Shown: positions 38,630 to 52,389, counted from the first letter of the stretch. The stretch is 64,000 nucleotides of DNA from Mobula hypostoma (GCF_963921235.1 NC_086098.1:3038001-3102000), one strand, 5' to 3'. Numbers and translations are program-made. Notes: a model not told the origin generated them from the letters alone.

Positions 38630-41422
38630 TTAACTGCATCTATTTTAATGCTAGGAGCATTGTAAGAAAGGTGGATGAGCTTAGAGCATGGATTGATACC
38701 TGGAAATATGATGTTGTAGCTATTAGTGAAACATGGTTGCAGGAGGGGAGTGATTGGCAACTAAATATTCCAGGATTTCATTGCTTCAGGTGTGATAGAA
38801 TCAGAGGGGCAAGAGGGGAGTTGTTGCATTGCTTGTCAGAGAAAATATTACAGCAGTGCTTTGGCAGGATAGATTAGAGGACTCGTCTAGGGAGGCTATT
38901 TGGGTGGAATTGAGGAATGGGAAAGGTGTAGTAACACTTATAGGAGTGTGTATTATAGACCACCTAATGGGGATCAAGAATTGGAGGAGCAAATTTCTAA
39001 GGAGATAGCAGATATTTGAGGTAAGCACAAGGTTGTGATTGTGGGAGATTTTAATTTTCCACTCATAGACTGGGAAGCCCATTCTGTAAAAGGGTTGGAT
39101 GGTTTGGAGTTTGTAAAATGTGTGCAGGATAGTTTTTTGCAGCAATACATAGAGGTACCAACTAGAGAAGGGGCAGTGTTGGATCTCCTGTTAGGGAATG
39201 AGATAGGTCAGATGACGGAGGTATGTGTTGGGGAGCACTTTGGGTCCAGTGAAAACAATGCCATTAGTTTCAATATAATTATGGAGAAGGATAGGACTGG
39301 ACCCAGGGTTGAGGTTTTTGATTGGAGAAAGGCTAATTTTGAGGAGATGTGAAAAGATTTAGAAGGAGTGGATTGGGACAATTTGTTTTATGGGAAGGAT
39401 GTAATAGAGAAATAGAGGTCATTTAAAGGTGAAATTTTGAGGGTACAGAATCTTTATGTTCCTGTTAGGTTGAAAGGAAAGGTTAAAAGTTTGAGAGTGC
39501 CATGGTTTTCAAGGGATATTGGAAACTTGGTTCTGAAAAAGAGAGAGATCTACAATACATATAGGCAGCTTGGAATAAATGAGGTGCTCGAGAAATATAA
39601 AGAATGTAAAAAGAATCTTAGGAAAGAAATTAGAAAAGCTAAAAGAAGATATGAGGTTGCTTTGACAGGTAAGGTGAAGATAAATCCAGAGGGTTTCTAC
39701 AGTTATATTAATAGCAAAAGGATAGTGAGGGATAAAATTGGTCCCTTAGAGAATCAGAATGGACGGCTATGTGCAGACCAAAAGAGATGGGGGAGATTTT
39801 AAACAATTTATTTTCTTCGGTATTCACTAAGGAAAAGGATATTGAATTGTGTAAGGTAAGGGAAACAAGTAGGGTAGTTATGGAAAGTATGATGATTAAA
39901 GAAGAGGAAGTAATGGCGCTTTTAAGGAATATAAAGGTGGATAAGACTCCGGGTCCTGACAGGATATTCCCTAGGACCTTGAGGGAAGTTAGTGTGGAAA
40001 TAGCAGGGGCTCTGACAGAAATATTTCAAATGTCATTAGAAACGGGGATGGTGCCAGAGGATTGGCGTATTGCTCATGTTGTTCCATTGTTTAAAATGGG
40101 TTCTAAGAGTAAACCTAGCAATTATCGGCCTGTGAGTTTGACATCAGTGGTGGGTAAACTGATGGAAAGTATTCTTAGAGATGGTATATATAATTATCTG
40201 GATAGACAGGGTCTGATTAGGAACAGTCAACATGGGTTTGTGCGTGGAAAGTCATGTTTGACAAATCATATTGAATATTTTGAAGAGGTTAGTAGGAAAG
40301 TTGACGTAAAGCAGTGGATGTTGTCTATATGGACTTCAGTAAGGCCTTTGACCAGGGTGCACATGGAAGATTAGTTAGGAAGGTGCAATCGTTAGGTATT
40401 AATATTGAAGTAGTAAAGTGGATTCAGCAGTGGCTGGATGGGAGACGCCAGAGATAATGGTGGATAACTGTTTGTCAGATTGGAGGCCGGTGACTAGTGG
40501 CGTGCCTCAGGGATCTGTACCAGGTCCAAGGTTGTTTGTCAGATATATTAATGATCTGGATGATGAGGTGGTAAATTGGATTAGTAAGTATGCAGATGAT
40601 ACTCAGATAGGTGGAGTTGTGGATAATGAAGTAGGTTTTCAAAGCTTGCAGAGAGATTTAGACCAGTCAGAAGAGTGGGCTGAAAAATGGCAGATGGAGT
40701 TTAATGCTGATAAGTGTGAGGTGCTACATTTTGGTCGGACTAATCAAAATAGGACATACATGGTAAATGGTAGGGCATTGAAGAATTCAGTAGAACAGAG
40801 GGATCGAGGAATAATAGTGTATAGTTCCCTGAAGGTGGAATCTCATGTGGATAGGGTGGTGAAGAAAGCTTTTGGTATGCTGGCCTTTATAAATCAGAAC
40901 ATTGAGTATAGGAGTTGGGATGTAATGTTGAAATTGTACAAGGCATTGGTGAGGCCAAATTTGGAGTATTGTGTACAGTTTTGGTCACCGAATTATAGGA
41001 AATATGTCAACAAAATTGAGAGAGTACAGAGGAGATTTACTGGAATGTTACCCGGGTTTCATCTCCTAAGTTACAGAGAAAGGTTGAACAAGTTGGGTCT
41101 AAATTCTTTGGAGCATAGGAGGTTGAGGGGGGACTTGATAGAGGTATGTAAAATTATGAAGGGGATAGATAGAGTTGATGTGGATAGGCTTTTTCCATTG
41201 AGAGTGGGGGAGATTCAAACAAGAGGACATGAGTTCAGAGTTAAAGGGCAAAAGTTTAGGGGTAACATGAGGGGGAACTTCTTTACTCAGAGAGTAGTAG
41301 TTATGTGGAACGAGCTTCCAGCAGAAGTGGTTGAGGCAGGTTCGATGTTGTCGTTTAAAGTTAAATTGCATAGATATATGGACAGGAAGGGAATGGAGGG
41401 TTATGGGCTGAGTGCAGGTTAG
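38630..41422 (+). pseudogene. CR1 ORF2 (APE endonuclease plus RT), disrupted
   Basis: YFNARS, ISETWL, VGDFNFP, LDLLL, NYRPVSLTS and YADD motifs. Confidence 0.95.
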
Positions 41423-42040
41423 TGGGACCAGGTGAGAGTAAGAGTTCGGCACAGACTAGAAGGGCCGAGATGGCCTGTTTCCGTGTTGTAATTGTTATAT
41501 GGTTATATAAATGAGTATAGTCACATATTTATCCTTTGTGCCTTTCATTTAGTTAAAGACTGAGTAGGGGATCGATTGTTTTTCTTGACCGCTAATTTCG
41601 TGAATTTCATTCAATTTATTAATTTTGCTATCGCTACACTAGCTTCATTACTTTTTATCACTATTCTCGACCATTTGTCTTTGTCGCTTGTTTTGCTGGT
41701 TTTGTGATAATGGATGAAACATACATTTTTTGATTTTGGAACAGATATTTGGAAGCATGTCACACACTGTCGATTCCCTCGCTCAGTCTCTCAGTGGTTG
41801 TGGTTTGTTTTTCAAATGGCTGCTACAGTAGTGGAAGCAAATTTTATCCTATGCCCATGACCTCATGTGAAATATTAGCCGGATTACATGTGCATGGAAC
41901 CTGGGGTGATGGGGTGGAGAAATGTCTTTACCAAAGGAGGTGGAGGTTGCTGGCCTGCAGGTCGCCCTTGGGCAAAGTGTGGCCCCTGCTTAGCCCCCCA
42001 ATCAGGGTTATAGATAACGGAGGAACTATCCATTGGAAGC

Positions 42041-42487
42041 TGTTATTCTATCTGTATGTATGGGAACTGGGGTGACTACGCGGGTTTTTCGGGAGGAGAA
42101 CCGAAGAGGAAGGATATGCTGGACGCGCTCTGGTCGACCACCGTGGTTGGTCCCAGGCGGCGGGTCGAGGAGGTTGGAGGAGATCGAAAGGTGGAAAGAA
42201 GACCCCGTAAATTGAGCTCCAACGGTTGTGCACGAAGTGGTTGAACTCTGATAAGTCTGGCACCTTTTACTTTCCTTTTATATTGTATCTCTATTAATTA
42301 CATAGTTCCAGTAAGAGTTATAAAGTGTAATCTGTAAATCGATCGTACCTTGTGTGCTGTCTGATATTTGATGTTTGAGTTTGTACCAGGGTGCATTGCA
42401 CAGCAACTATGCGAATGTAAGACATGGTTTGGCGAGTGGAGGGGGTTTCCCCAAGACAAACACGAGCCGATAGCCCTGAGCCTTACA
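42041..42487. mobile_element. Possible solo LTR
   Basis: tgtta...ttaca termini, CpG-rich body, abuts a SINE tail; no TSD found. Confidence 0.4.
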
Positions 42488-42489
42488 TG

Positions 42490-42775
42490 TACCTTGAAAC
42501 ATCAAAGCGTACGGTGTCAATGACCAAAACTGTTTAAGCATTGAGCAGGGAGCAGACCACACGTGTTGCCACACTTCTGGTGCCCACACAGCATGCCCAC
42601 AACTTACTGACCTGCGCATCTTTGGGAATATTGGAGGAAACCGGAGCACCAGAGGTAACCCATGTGGCCATCCATGTGAGAGAATGTACAAACTCCTTAC
42701 AGACAGCGGCAGAATTGAACTCTGACTGCGGGCACTGTAAAGTGTTATGCTAGCCACTGCACTACCTTCTGCCCA
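42490..42775 (-). mobile_element. tRNA-derived SINE
   Basis: gaggaaaccggagcacc..aggtaacccatg..gtacaaactccttacagacagcggcagaattgaac is the reverse complement of the SINE core and B box. Confidence 0.75.
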
Positions 42776-42829
42776 CAATCTTAAATTAAAATTAATTTAG
42801 CATATACTTTAACATTTTTGCTTTTCGCA

Positions 42830-43112
42830 CTATTCTCTGTAAACTCCAGAGACTGTTGTGCGTGAAAGTCCCAGGAGATCAGCAGTTTCTGAGATACTCA
42901 AACCACCCCATCTAACACCAACATTTATTCCACAGTCAACGTAACGTGGATCGCATTTCTTCCCCACCCTGATATTTGATCCAAACAACAATTAAATCTC
43001 TTGACCATGTGCGGATGCATTTATGCTTTTAGTTGCTGCCACAAGATTGGCTAATTAAATGTTTGCTGTAACGAGTAGGGGTACAGGTGTACCTAATAAA
43101 GTGGCCACTGAG
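42830..43112 (-). mobile_element. Partial Tc1 derivative
   Basis: Ends ggtgtacctaataaagtggccactgag. Confidence 0.75.
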
Positions 43113-45244
43113 GGAAAATGATCAAACAGTGGAGTAGACTCAATGGGCTGAAGCGCCTAATTCTAATCCTATGTCCTGTGGTGTTCCGGACAAATAAGTC
43201 TGCCAAAGGGTTAATAATGAAATACCATATACAACAACACTTCTTAAAGCAGCGATCCATCCCTACAGTTAGTTGTGATAATGGGTTGGTCTGTTTTATT
43301 CTTGCAACTGTATCCCAATTTTACTTCATGTACTATTACTGGATGAAATATCTAGTAGCAGGAGAAATGAAAGTTGAGGATTTTATGGGATCATTCATCA
43401 AGAACTAATTGAAGCCTTCATGCACCTCACTGCTGATAAAACTGTGTATGAGTAAACAGTAAGAAAATGCTCTGGAGAAAGATTTGTTTGCGGTAAGGAA
43501 AATGGTTCAATGTCATCACAGTGTTTCCTGGTAAAAGACTCCAATTTAAGAAGGGATAAGCTCAAGCCGTTATGTATAATGACAGGGTAGACGCTGTGTC
43601 AAATGTATTAGTAGTGCTTCAGTAGTGCTATTTTCCTTGCAGATTTGTGTTATTGTGTATAATTCTGACAGACTGTACAAATGCTCAGAGGATCTCTCGT
43701 TTTTTTTAAAGGAAGGTTGCATCAATTCCATGATATTCCCTGCAGTAACATTGTCAAAGCCTTAGGCTACCAGCAGTCTACAGTGTCTTTTTTAACCTCT
43801 CTCTCCCCACCTATCCACCCCCAACCAATATGCTACTTGTATCCTCAGCTGTGTTTACGATGCAGCCAATACAAGAAAAGCTTTTCTATTACAGTGCATT
43901 ACTTTCTGTATAACAATCACTGATAAAAGACCATAAGACAGTGGAGCAGAATTAGGCCATGTTCTCAGTACTTCTATTTATTTATTTATTGAGATATAAT
44001 GCAGAATAGGCCCTTCTTGCTCTTTGATTCACAACACCTCACATCCCAATTTAATCCTAGCCTAATCACAGGACAATTTACAATGACCAATTAACGTACC
44101 TACCCATACACCTTTGGACTGTGTGAGGAAACCAGCGCACCTGGGGAAAACCACGCAGTCACGGGGAGAACGTACAATCTCTTTACAGACAGAGCTGGGA
44201 ATTGAACCCAGGTCGACTGCACTATGCTGGAAGGGTAGTGACATTTGTGGGCTGGTGCTAGCCCAATTCTTGCTGTTTTGATTTGGCACAAACAACACAC
44301 TTTGCTGCATGTTTCAATGTACACATGACAAATAAAGCTTTGTTTATCTTTATCTTTGCTCCTCAGTTTTCATTATATGAAATACTGGATCTGGACCTTC
44401 AGAGGTGCAGTGAAGATTTGCCTGATGATTCGAAGTTTAAGTTCAAGTTTATTATCATTCAACCATGCACATGTAAACAGCTAAAGGAAAATCATTCCTC
44501 TGGGTGAAGGTGCAAAACACAGTGTATACAGTCACACACAGCATGGATAGTCACAGTCCAGCACATGGAGTCACAAAATAATATTAGCACAGGTCCCTGA
44601 GTGACAGGGCCTGAAGGTTGACAGGTTGACATAAAGTACAAGGTGCATAATTATGTGAGACAGTGTAATGTTACTGACACTATTATAATGGAACAAACAG
44701 TCGTTCAATATGTGAAACAGCAGCAATGAAAGATGAAAAGTGACAGTGTGGGACGAGAGTGTGCCTGTGAGTTCAGGAGTTGTGGGGGGGGGAGAGCGCC
44801 AGGTGGGAGAAGGGGACGGCTGGCGGCAGTGCATTCGGACAGGGAGCATGTCTATTTATTTATTTATATTTATATCAAGAGACAGCACAGAATAAGCCCT
44901 TCCGCTCTTGGAGCCACGCTGCCCAACAACCGTGATTGAACCCTGGTCTAATCACGGGACAATTGACAATGACCAATTAACCTACTAACCAGTCGGTCTT
45001 TAGACCTTGGGAGGAAATCGGAGCACATGGTCATGGAGAGAACGCCCAAGCTCCTTACACACAGCAGCAGGAAGTGAAACTGTATCACTGGTGCTGTAAA
45101 GCAGCGGTCCCCAACCACCGGGCCGCAAAGCATGTGCTACCGGGCCGTGAGGAAACGATATGATTTGGCGATATGAAACGATATGAGTCAGCTGCACCTT
45201 TCCTCATTCCCTGTCATGCCCACTGTTGAACTTGAACGCACACG

Positions 45245-45385
45245 AGGTGATTACCCACGCGAGGTCATGACCCATGAGAGGTCATTATGCACACAAGGTC
45301 ATTACCCACGCAAGGTCATTACGCACACAAGGTCATTACCCACATGAGGTCATTACGCGAGGTTATCACCCACTCAAGGTCATCA
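45245..45385 (+). repeat. Subterminal tandem repeat, 15-17 bp unit (aggtcattacccacgc)
   Basis: About 8 degenerate copies of aggtcatta in the hAT 5' region. Confidence 0.85.
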
Positions 45386-45586
45386 GTCAGTCATTAACCT
45401 ACAACTACTCAATGAGTAAAAAACAAATGTCACAAGAGTTCCTCTGGAAGAGGAGGTAAGGGACAAAAAAGGCCTAACGATGTTGATAACGCAGAGACAG
45501 CTGAGGCCGAGACTGCCAAAAAAAGGGCTTCCTTCAACAGAAAATATGACGGGTCGAACATAAAATATGGCTTTATTGCGACCGGT

Positions 45587-45968
45587 TTCAGGTAGATGGA
45601 GCTCATCAGCCTGGGAAGGCACTCCATCTAAGAGAGGGAAAACTCTGATTTCAAACCTCCGCTGCCTTGCGGCCATACCCACTCATGGGAAAGGCTTCGG
45701 GAGTAAACCCTGAGGACAAATCCAGAGCTGGGGTCCCTAAGGCAGTCCGACGTTGCCTTCAACCTCGTTCTGGCAGCTCCTGCGACAACACCGGTGCCAA
45801 GCTGTTATCAGCTCTTGCCCTTTCCTTAGACAACATCGGTGTCATGGAGAGGGGAGACTTGCTGCATGGGCAACTGCCGGTCTTCCATACAACCTCGCCC
45901 AGGCCTGCGCCCTGGAGAACCATTTCCAGGCGCAGATCCCTGGTCTCGCGAGACTAACGGATGCCAGG
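45587..45968 (+). mobile_element. Non-autonomous RTE-like retroelement inserted in the hAT ORF
   Basis: 12-bp TSD attgcgaccggt / attgcaactggt; the hAT frame GFIATG|DSH rejoins on removal; gagagggaaaactctgatttcaaacc resembles RTE 5' UTRs. Confidence 0.7.
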
Positions 45969-48479
45969 ATTGCAACTGGTGACTCACACACTCCTTGTGT
46001 GTGATAATGAAGCCCTCAAAACTGCTCCGACACCTTGAGTCCAAGCACCCTGCACTTAAAGACAAACCCGTTGAGTTTTTTGAGTGGAAAAAACGTGAGC
46101 AAGCGGGACAGAAGCAAGTGCTGAGAGTTGCCATCTCCACAAATGCTGCTGCTCTGAGAGCGTCGTACTTAGTGGCTAGCCGTATTGCTAAGACTAAGAA
46201 GCCTTTCACTGTTGGTGAAGAATTGATTCTGCCTGCTGCCAAGGACAAGTGCCAAGAACTGTTGGGAGAAGCTTCAACGTAGTTGAAGTTATCAATCACA
46301 TCAAAGCAAAAGTCCTTAACTCACGTCTGTTTGAGCAGCTTTGTGAGGAAATGGATGCAGAGCACAAATGCCTTCTCTTGCACACTGAAGTCAGGTGGCT
46401 ATCAAGGGGGACAGCCCTGGCCAGGGTTTTTGAGATAAGAGAGCAGCTGCAGAAATTTCTTTCAGGAAAAAAGTCACCTCTGGCTGCACACTTCAGTGAC
46501 GAGGAGTGGATAGCAAAACTCGCTTATCTGTGTGACATCTTCAACCTGCTCAATGAACTCAATTTGTCACTTCAGGGGAGAATGACAACTGTCTTCAAGT
46601 TGGCAGATAAAGTGTCTGCTTTCAAAGCCAAACTGGAACTGTGGGGACGGCGAGTGGACAGGGGCATATTTGACATGCTCCCAACATTAGCTGGGATTTT
46701 GGGAGAGACTGAGGCTGCACTGTCCTTCTCACAGCTGGTGCGTGATCACCTATCTTCGCTGTCGACAGAATTCGAGTGTTACTTCCCAACCGCAAATGAT
46801 CCAAGATGTGCAAAGCAATGGGTCCGTGACCCATTTGTGAATGTCCCCGGTGAATCATCCATGTCAGAGCGGGAAGAAGATCAACTTCTTGAGCTTGCAA
46901 ATGATGGTGGGCTGAAAAGTCTCTGCCAGCATTCTGGATCAAAGTCAAGGCTGGATATCCTGAGATAGCCACGGAAGCACTGAAAACGTTGCTTCCACTT
47001 CCAACATCATATCTCTGCGAAGTGGAGTTTTCAGCAATGAATGCAACAAAAACTAAACTGCGGAATAGACTGGACATGAGGAACCCCCTTCGAGTATCGC
47101 TGTCTCCCATCACCCCTTGATGGCACCGTCTTGTTGCAGGGAAACAAGCCCAGGGCTCCCACTGATTCAGCGATATTGGTGTGTTGCAATGATTTTGTGT
47201 GTTCATACGAGGAAAATATGACTGTGTGTTTAATATTAAATTTGTTAGATAAACCTTTTTAGAAATGAAATTGAGTGTATTAGCCACTTATAAGTGACTT
47301 ATAGTTGACTTATCACCTATATTCCAGTCTTGATTAACACCCCCCCACCACCCCATCGGCCGGTCTGCAAGAATATTGTCAATATTAAATCGGTCCGGGG
47401 GGCACAGAAGGCTGGGGACCCCTGCTGTAACGTATGTTAATCACTACACTGCACTACCATGCTGCCTTTCTGTGCTGTGTGGTGTTGGGTGGCAGAGATT
47501 TGCAAACTCACCTGCCTTTCTGTCTTCTTTCCTGTGTCTTTGTTCATTCATGATGGGAATTTAAAACATTAGCAGAAGGTTTAACCCCAGAAATATTACA
47601 CTATGAAATATTACCAATAAATCAGATTAGAATCTTGAGGTACAATAGGGTTCAAAATGAAAATTAACTGATTGAAATATACTGGAAATTTAACACCTCT
47701 TAAACAAGAGGTTTATTGGAACACAGTGTCCCAGTCTGAAATGTCTGTTCGTTCCACAGATGCTGCCTGACCACTGGAGGTTTTCCAGCACTTTTAGTCA
47801 TTAGCATAACATTGACTGATCTCTGTGCATGGTGTTTTTTGGTGTTTTTATAAACTTAAAATGTTTAAATAATTTTAAATGGTTAAAATTAGGATGGTGC
47901 TTGATGCGTAATAAAATTGATGTGTAGCAGTTACCAGTTGTAAGACCAGGTTCAATTTCCACTGCCGTCTCTAAGGAGTTTGTACGTTTTCCCCCTGACC
48001 ATGTACGTTTCCTCCAGTTACCTCCCACGTTCCAAAGACATGTGGCTAGGGTAGTGAGCTGTGGGCGTGTTGTGCTGACATCATAAATGTACAGCTCCTT
48101 ACAGACAGTGGCGAGAATCGAACCCTGATCAGTGATTGTGCAAACATGCTGGAATGTAGATCATCAGTGACCTCACTTGTGCAGTAGAAAACACACAAAT
48201 ATCACCTTTATGATTAGCTTACCCTTGTCAGTATTTGGCAGTGATCTACACCCCCCGATCAGGGTGCAGATCTCCCAGCCCCAGGTATACATACGGTGAT
48301 CAGATTATACACTCAGTTTTGAAAGTATCTGTTTCCCAAGGTAGAAATGTCTAATACCAGAGGGTATGCATTGAAGGTGAGAGGGTGTAGGCTCAAGGGG
48401 GTCGTGAGGGGTTAGTTTCTTTCTCAGAGAGTTATGGATGCCTGGAATGCACTGCCTGGTGTGGTGGTAGAGGCAAACC

Positions 48480-48930
48480 TCCTGTACCTAATAAAGTGGC
48501 TACTGAGTAGCCTATCCACTTCGCGGTTCAGCATGTTGTGCATTCAGAGATGCTCTTCTGCACACCACTGTTGTAACGTGTGGTTATTTGAGTTACTGTC
48601 ACCTTCCTATCAGTTTGAACCAGTCTGACCATTCTCCGCCAACCTCTCTCATTAACAAGGCATTTTGCCCACAGAACTGCCTTGTTTTTGTTTTTCTTAT
48701 CATTCGCTGTAAACTCTGGAGACTGCTGTGTGTGAAAATCCCAGGAGATCAGCAGTTTCTGAGATACTCAAACCACCCTGTCTGGCACCAACAATCATTC
48801 CATGGTCAAAGTCACTTAGATCTCATTCTGCTGTTTGGTCTGAACAACAATTAAACCTCTTGACCATGACTGCATGCTTTTATGAGTTGAGTTGCTGCAA
48901 CACGTTTGGCTGATTAACAAGCAGGTGTAT
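48480..48930 (-). mobile_element. Tc1 derivative copy
   Basis: Homologous to 35223-35767. Confidence 0.8.
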
Positions 48931-48949
48931 GTGGATGGCAGATTGAATG

Positions 48950-49638
48950 CGAAACGATCTCCCAGTTTGCATCAGGTCTCGCCAATATATAGAAGGCCAC
49001 ATCCTCCTGAAATCGTTTCGCTGAACACCTACGCTCTGTCCGCCAGAGAAAGCAGGATCTCCCAGTGGCCACACATTTTAATTCCACATCCCATTCCCAT
49101 TTTGATATGTCTATCCATGGCCTCCTCTACTGTCAAGATGAAGCCACACTCAGGTTGGAGGAACAACACCTCATATTCCATCTGGGTAGCCTCCAACCTG
49201 ATGGCATAAACATTGACTTCTCAAACTTCCGCTAATGCCCCACCTCCCCCTCGTACCCTATATGTTATTTATTTATTTATATACACACATTCTTTTTCTC
49301 TCTCTCCTTTTTCTCCCTCTGTCCCTCTGACTATACTCCTTGCCCATCCTCTGGGTTTCCCCCCCTCCCCCTTGTCTTTCTCCCTGGGCCTCCTGTCCCA
49401 TGATCCTCTCATATCCCTTTTGCCAATCACCTGTCCAGCTCTCGGCTCCATCCCTCCCCCTCCTGTCTTCTCCTATCATTTTGGATCTCCCCCTCCCCCT
49501 CCCACTTTCAAATCTCTTACAAGCTCTTCCTTCAGTTAGTCCTGATGAAGGGTCTCGGCTCGAAACGTCAACTGTACCTCTTCCTAGAGATGCTGCCTGG
49601 CCTGCTGCGTTCACCAGCAACTTTGATGTGCGTTGCCT
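48950..49638 (+). mobile_element. Penelope 3' fragment with short 5' inversion and hammerhead motif at 49537-49574
   Basis: DLPVATHFN and DEATLRLEEQHLIFHLGSLQP remnants; TAGTC-CTGATGA-A-GGGTCTCGGCTC-GAAAC-GTC-AACTG. Confidence 0.85.
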
Positions 49639-50699
49639 GAAGCAAATGCCCTGTGCTCAGGGTTTTTCTGCTTTGTCACAATGCTCCAAACAGCACCCAG
49701 TAACTTTTGCAAAATTCTATAAAGCATCTGCTCTAGTGGAATCCTAACGTTCGTCAGTGGTTTAGTAAGGAGATGCAGTGAAAGTAATGCCTGATCTTCT
49801 TAAATGGCTGTTGTATGTAGAGCTGATCCTGCTGCTGAAGCTGGGAGGAGCCATTAGCTGAACTGAGGCACACAGCTGGCATTACTGACAACACAACAGA
49901 CTGGCTGCAATTCCAACTCCACCATTGACATCCCGGAGCTCCTCACCTCCATTATCAGCAACCAAATGCCCTTCAAACAGTTGGTCAAACAGCCAGAGTT
50001 TTCAGACAAAATCAATTCCGTGCACATCATCAGTGCGTTAGTTCCTTCCATAACCTCCAAACCACTGGATGTCATGACACATATGTGCATCATATTCTAT
50101 AGCAGAAACAAGTTGGGCAGCTACTCCACCCAGAATGCTTCTGGTAAATCGCAGTGAGCTAATAGATTTAATGTTTATAATAGTGGCTTTCTCCCAGAAT
50201 GTTTGATGTTGATCTGGAGCTAAGTTCACATTATTCTGAGGATGACTAGGCTTGTTTTGATTACCACAGGCTGTATTGTTGTTAGCAGTAAGAACATAGA
50301 TATTGAACAGTACAGGCTCTTCAACACACAATGTTGTTCCAGCACAAACCTTCTCCAAGATTAATCTAACCCTTCCTTCCCACATAGCCCTCCATTTTTC
50401 TTTCATCCACGTGCCTATCTAAGAGTTTCTTAAATGCCTCTAATATATCTGTCTCACGACAGTGTGTTTCATATTTTGGCATCCCTCCTATACCTTCCTC
50501 CTGACACTGAAAACTGATGCTCCTCATATTTGCCATTTCTGCCCTGGGAAAAAGTCTCTGGCTGTCCACACTACCTCTGCCTCTTATCATCTCGTACACC
50601 TCTATCGAGTTGCCTCTCGTTCTCCTTCACACCGAGAAGAAACACCCTAAATTTCTGTCGGATTTTGGGATGGGGGTAGTTGGAATTTAAAATACAAGT

Positions 50700-51120
50700 A
50701 TTATTTTAATAATAACTAATTTATAGAGCACTTTTCATACAGACGACATTGTTCCAAGTGTTTTACAATGGGATAAAATGCAAACATGAAAATAAAAGAA
50801 ATAAAATGTTAGCTAAAAGCAGGGTTACATAAATAGGTTCTGAACTGGTGTTTAAAAGTGCGAAATAAGTCTGCATTCCTCAGAGTTTTAGGTATTGAGC
50901 TCCACAGTTTCGGAGCATAGTTCAAAAACACTGACCTGACAATCATCTTTCGAGGCAGGTAGTTTAAATTTAAGAGACTGCAGGAGAAGACCTGAGAGTT
51001 CGAGCAGGATTATAAAATGAAATTTTCTGATATACTTTGGTCCCAGACTAATGAGAGCTCTAAAAACAAGAAACATTTAAAATCAATTCCACAGGATACA
51101 GGCAGCCAATGCAGTACAGC
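50700..51120 (-). mobile_element. L2 3' fragment
   Basis: WLPVS, FLVFRALISLGPKYI; homologous to the split copy at 10096-14290. Confidence 0.7.
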
Positions 51121-51664
51121 TAGGGTTTTGACTTTTGTCAAAACAACTTCTGGAATGGTATTGATTTGCATTAGAATTTACCATGTGTGGAACTGTTGTG
51201 TTTTTCATCTTCATGTGAAGAAGAAACACACAAAAACCCAAGAGTAAGATTTCTGCTACAGTATACGAGGGGCTATCTGCCTCTGATCAGGAGAGGATGT
51301 GGATAGAAAGTTAAAAGTCATCAGGTAAAAGGATTCACTGTGTTCCACTTACTGGTCTCCTTATCATTTTCAGATTGCGTATAACAGAATAAAAGTAGTG
51401 GCTGCAGTTTTCAGAATATATTTCACAACAGCATGCATACATACAATATATACAAAATGCTGAAGTAACTCAGTATTTCTGGAGAGAAGTGAACAGTCAA
51501 TGGTTTAGGTTGAGACCCTTCATGCACAATGTATATACATTTAAGTTAATTCAATAAAACTTCCAACTTTTCTTGATGGAATGTGAGCAAAACCCACATA
51601 AGAATTGTCTGGACAAGGCAATTGCCTTAAGAAACACATTAATAGAATAGATCACAAGCTCTTC

Positions 51665-52297
51665 AGACACAGGAGCAGAATTAGGCCATTTGGTCCATCA
51701 GATCTGCTCTGTCATTCCATCATGGCTGATTTATATTCCTTCTCAACCCCATTCTCCTGCCTTCTCCCCATAACCTTTGATGCCCTGACTAATCAAGAAA
51801 CTATCCAACACTGCTTCAAATATACCTAATGACTTGGCCTCCACAGCCGTCTGTGGAAATGAATTCCACAGATTCACCACTCCAGGGAGTACAGACCCAG
51901 AGCCATCAAATGTTCATCACCCTTTCATTGCTAGGATCATCCTCATCAACCTCCTCTGGACCCTTTCCCACACCAGCACAGCCTTTCCTAAATAAGGGCC
52001 CAAAGCTGCTCACAATATTATCGATGATTTAGGATGGAGATGAGGAGAAATTGTTTTTCCTAGAGAGTGGTGAATCTGTGGAATTTTCTGCCCAGGGAAG
52101 CAGTTGAGGCTTCTTCACTAAATATATTTAAGAAACTGTTAGATAGATTTTTACATAGTAAGGGAATTAAGGGTTATGGGGAAAAGGCAGGTAGATGGAG
52201 CTGAGTTTACAGACAGATCAGCCATGATCTTATTGAATGGCAGGGCAGGCTTGATGGGCCGGATGGCCTACTCCTGCTCCTATTTCTTATGTTCTTT
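51665..52297. mobile_element. Two CR1 3' fragments in opposite orientation
   Basis: Minus copy at about 51665-52015 and plus copy at about 52028-52297 with ttcttatgttct tail. Confidence 0.8.
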
Positions 52298-52337
52298 GTG
52301 TTCATTCCCATTTGAATGTAAGGGCAACAGCTCATGC

Positions 52338-52389
52338 AACACACATCAAAGTTGCTGGTGAGGCCAGGCAACATCTCTAGGAAGAGGTA
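52338..52389 (-). mobile_element. 52-bp Penelope tail insertion
   Basis: 13-bp TSD caacagctcatgc at 52325-52337 and 52390-52402. Confidence 0.8.

Larger units (their letters stand above)
37141..41508 (+). mobile_element. Near full-length degenerate CR1 LINE
   Basis: GC-rich 5' UTR, ORF1, APE plus RT ORF2, ttatatgg tail. Confidence 0.95.
45102..47424 (+). mobile_element. Internally deleted hAT (Buster/Charlie) transposon inserted in a SINE head
   Basis: TIRs cagcggtccccaacc / ggctggggacccctg; 8-bp TSD ctgtaaag/ctgtaacg with central TA; RKYD..KYGF, MKPSKLLRHL, HTEVRWLSRG and TSYLCEVEFS motifs. Confidence 0.95.

Noticed and set aside
45245..45385. Short repeats resembling a CRISPR array
   Set aside because: Tandem units without unique spacers, inside a eukaryotic hAT element, and no cas genes.
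45585..45625. Minus-strand CTGATGA...GAAAC suggesting a type-III hammerhead
   Set aside because: The cleavage triplet would be GUG, stem II cannot form, and the GAAAC spans the insertion junction.
46249..46968. Domesticated ZBED5/SCAND3-like host gene
   Set aside because: Frameshifts, internal deletions, a retroposon insertion, and intact TIRs and TSD show it is a dead transposon.
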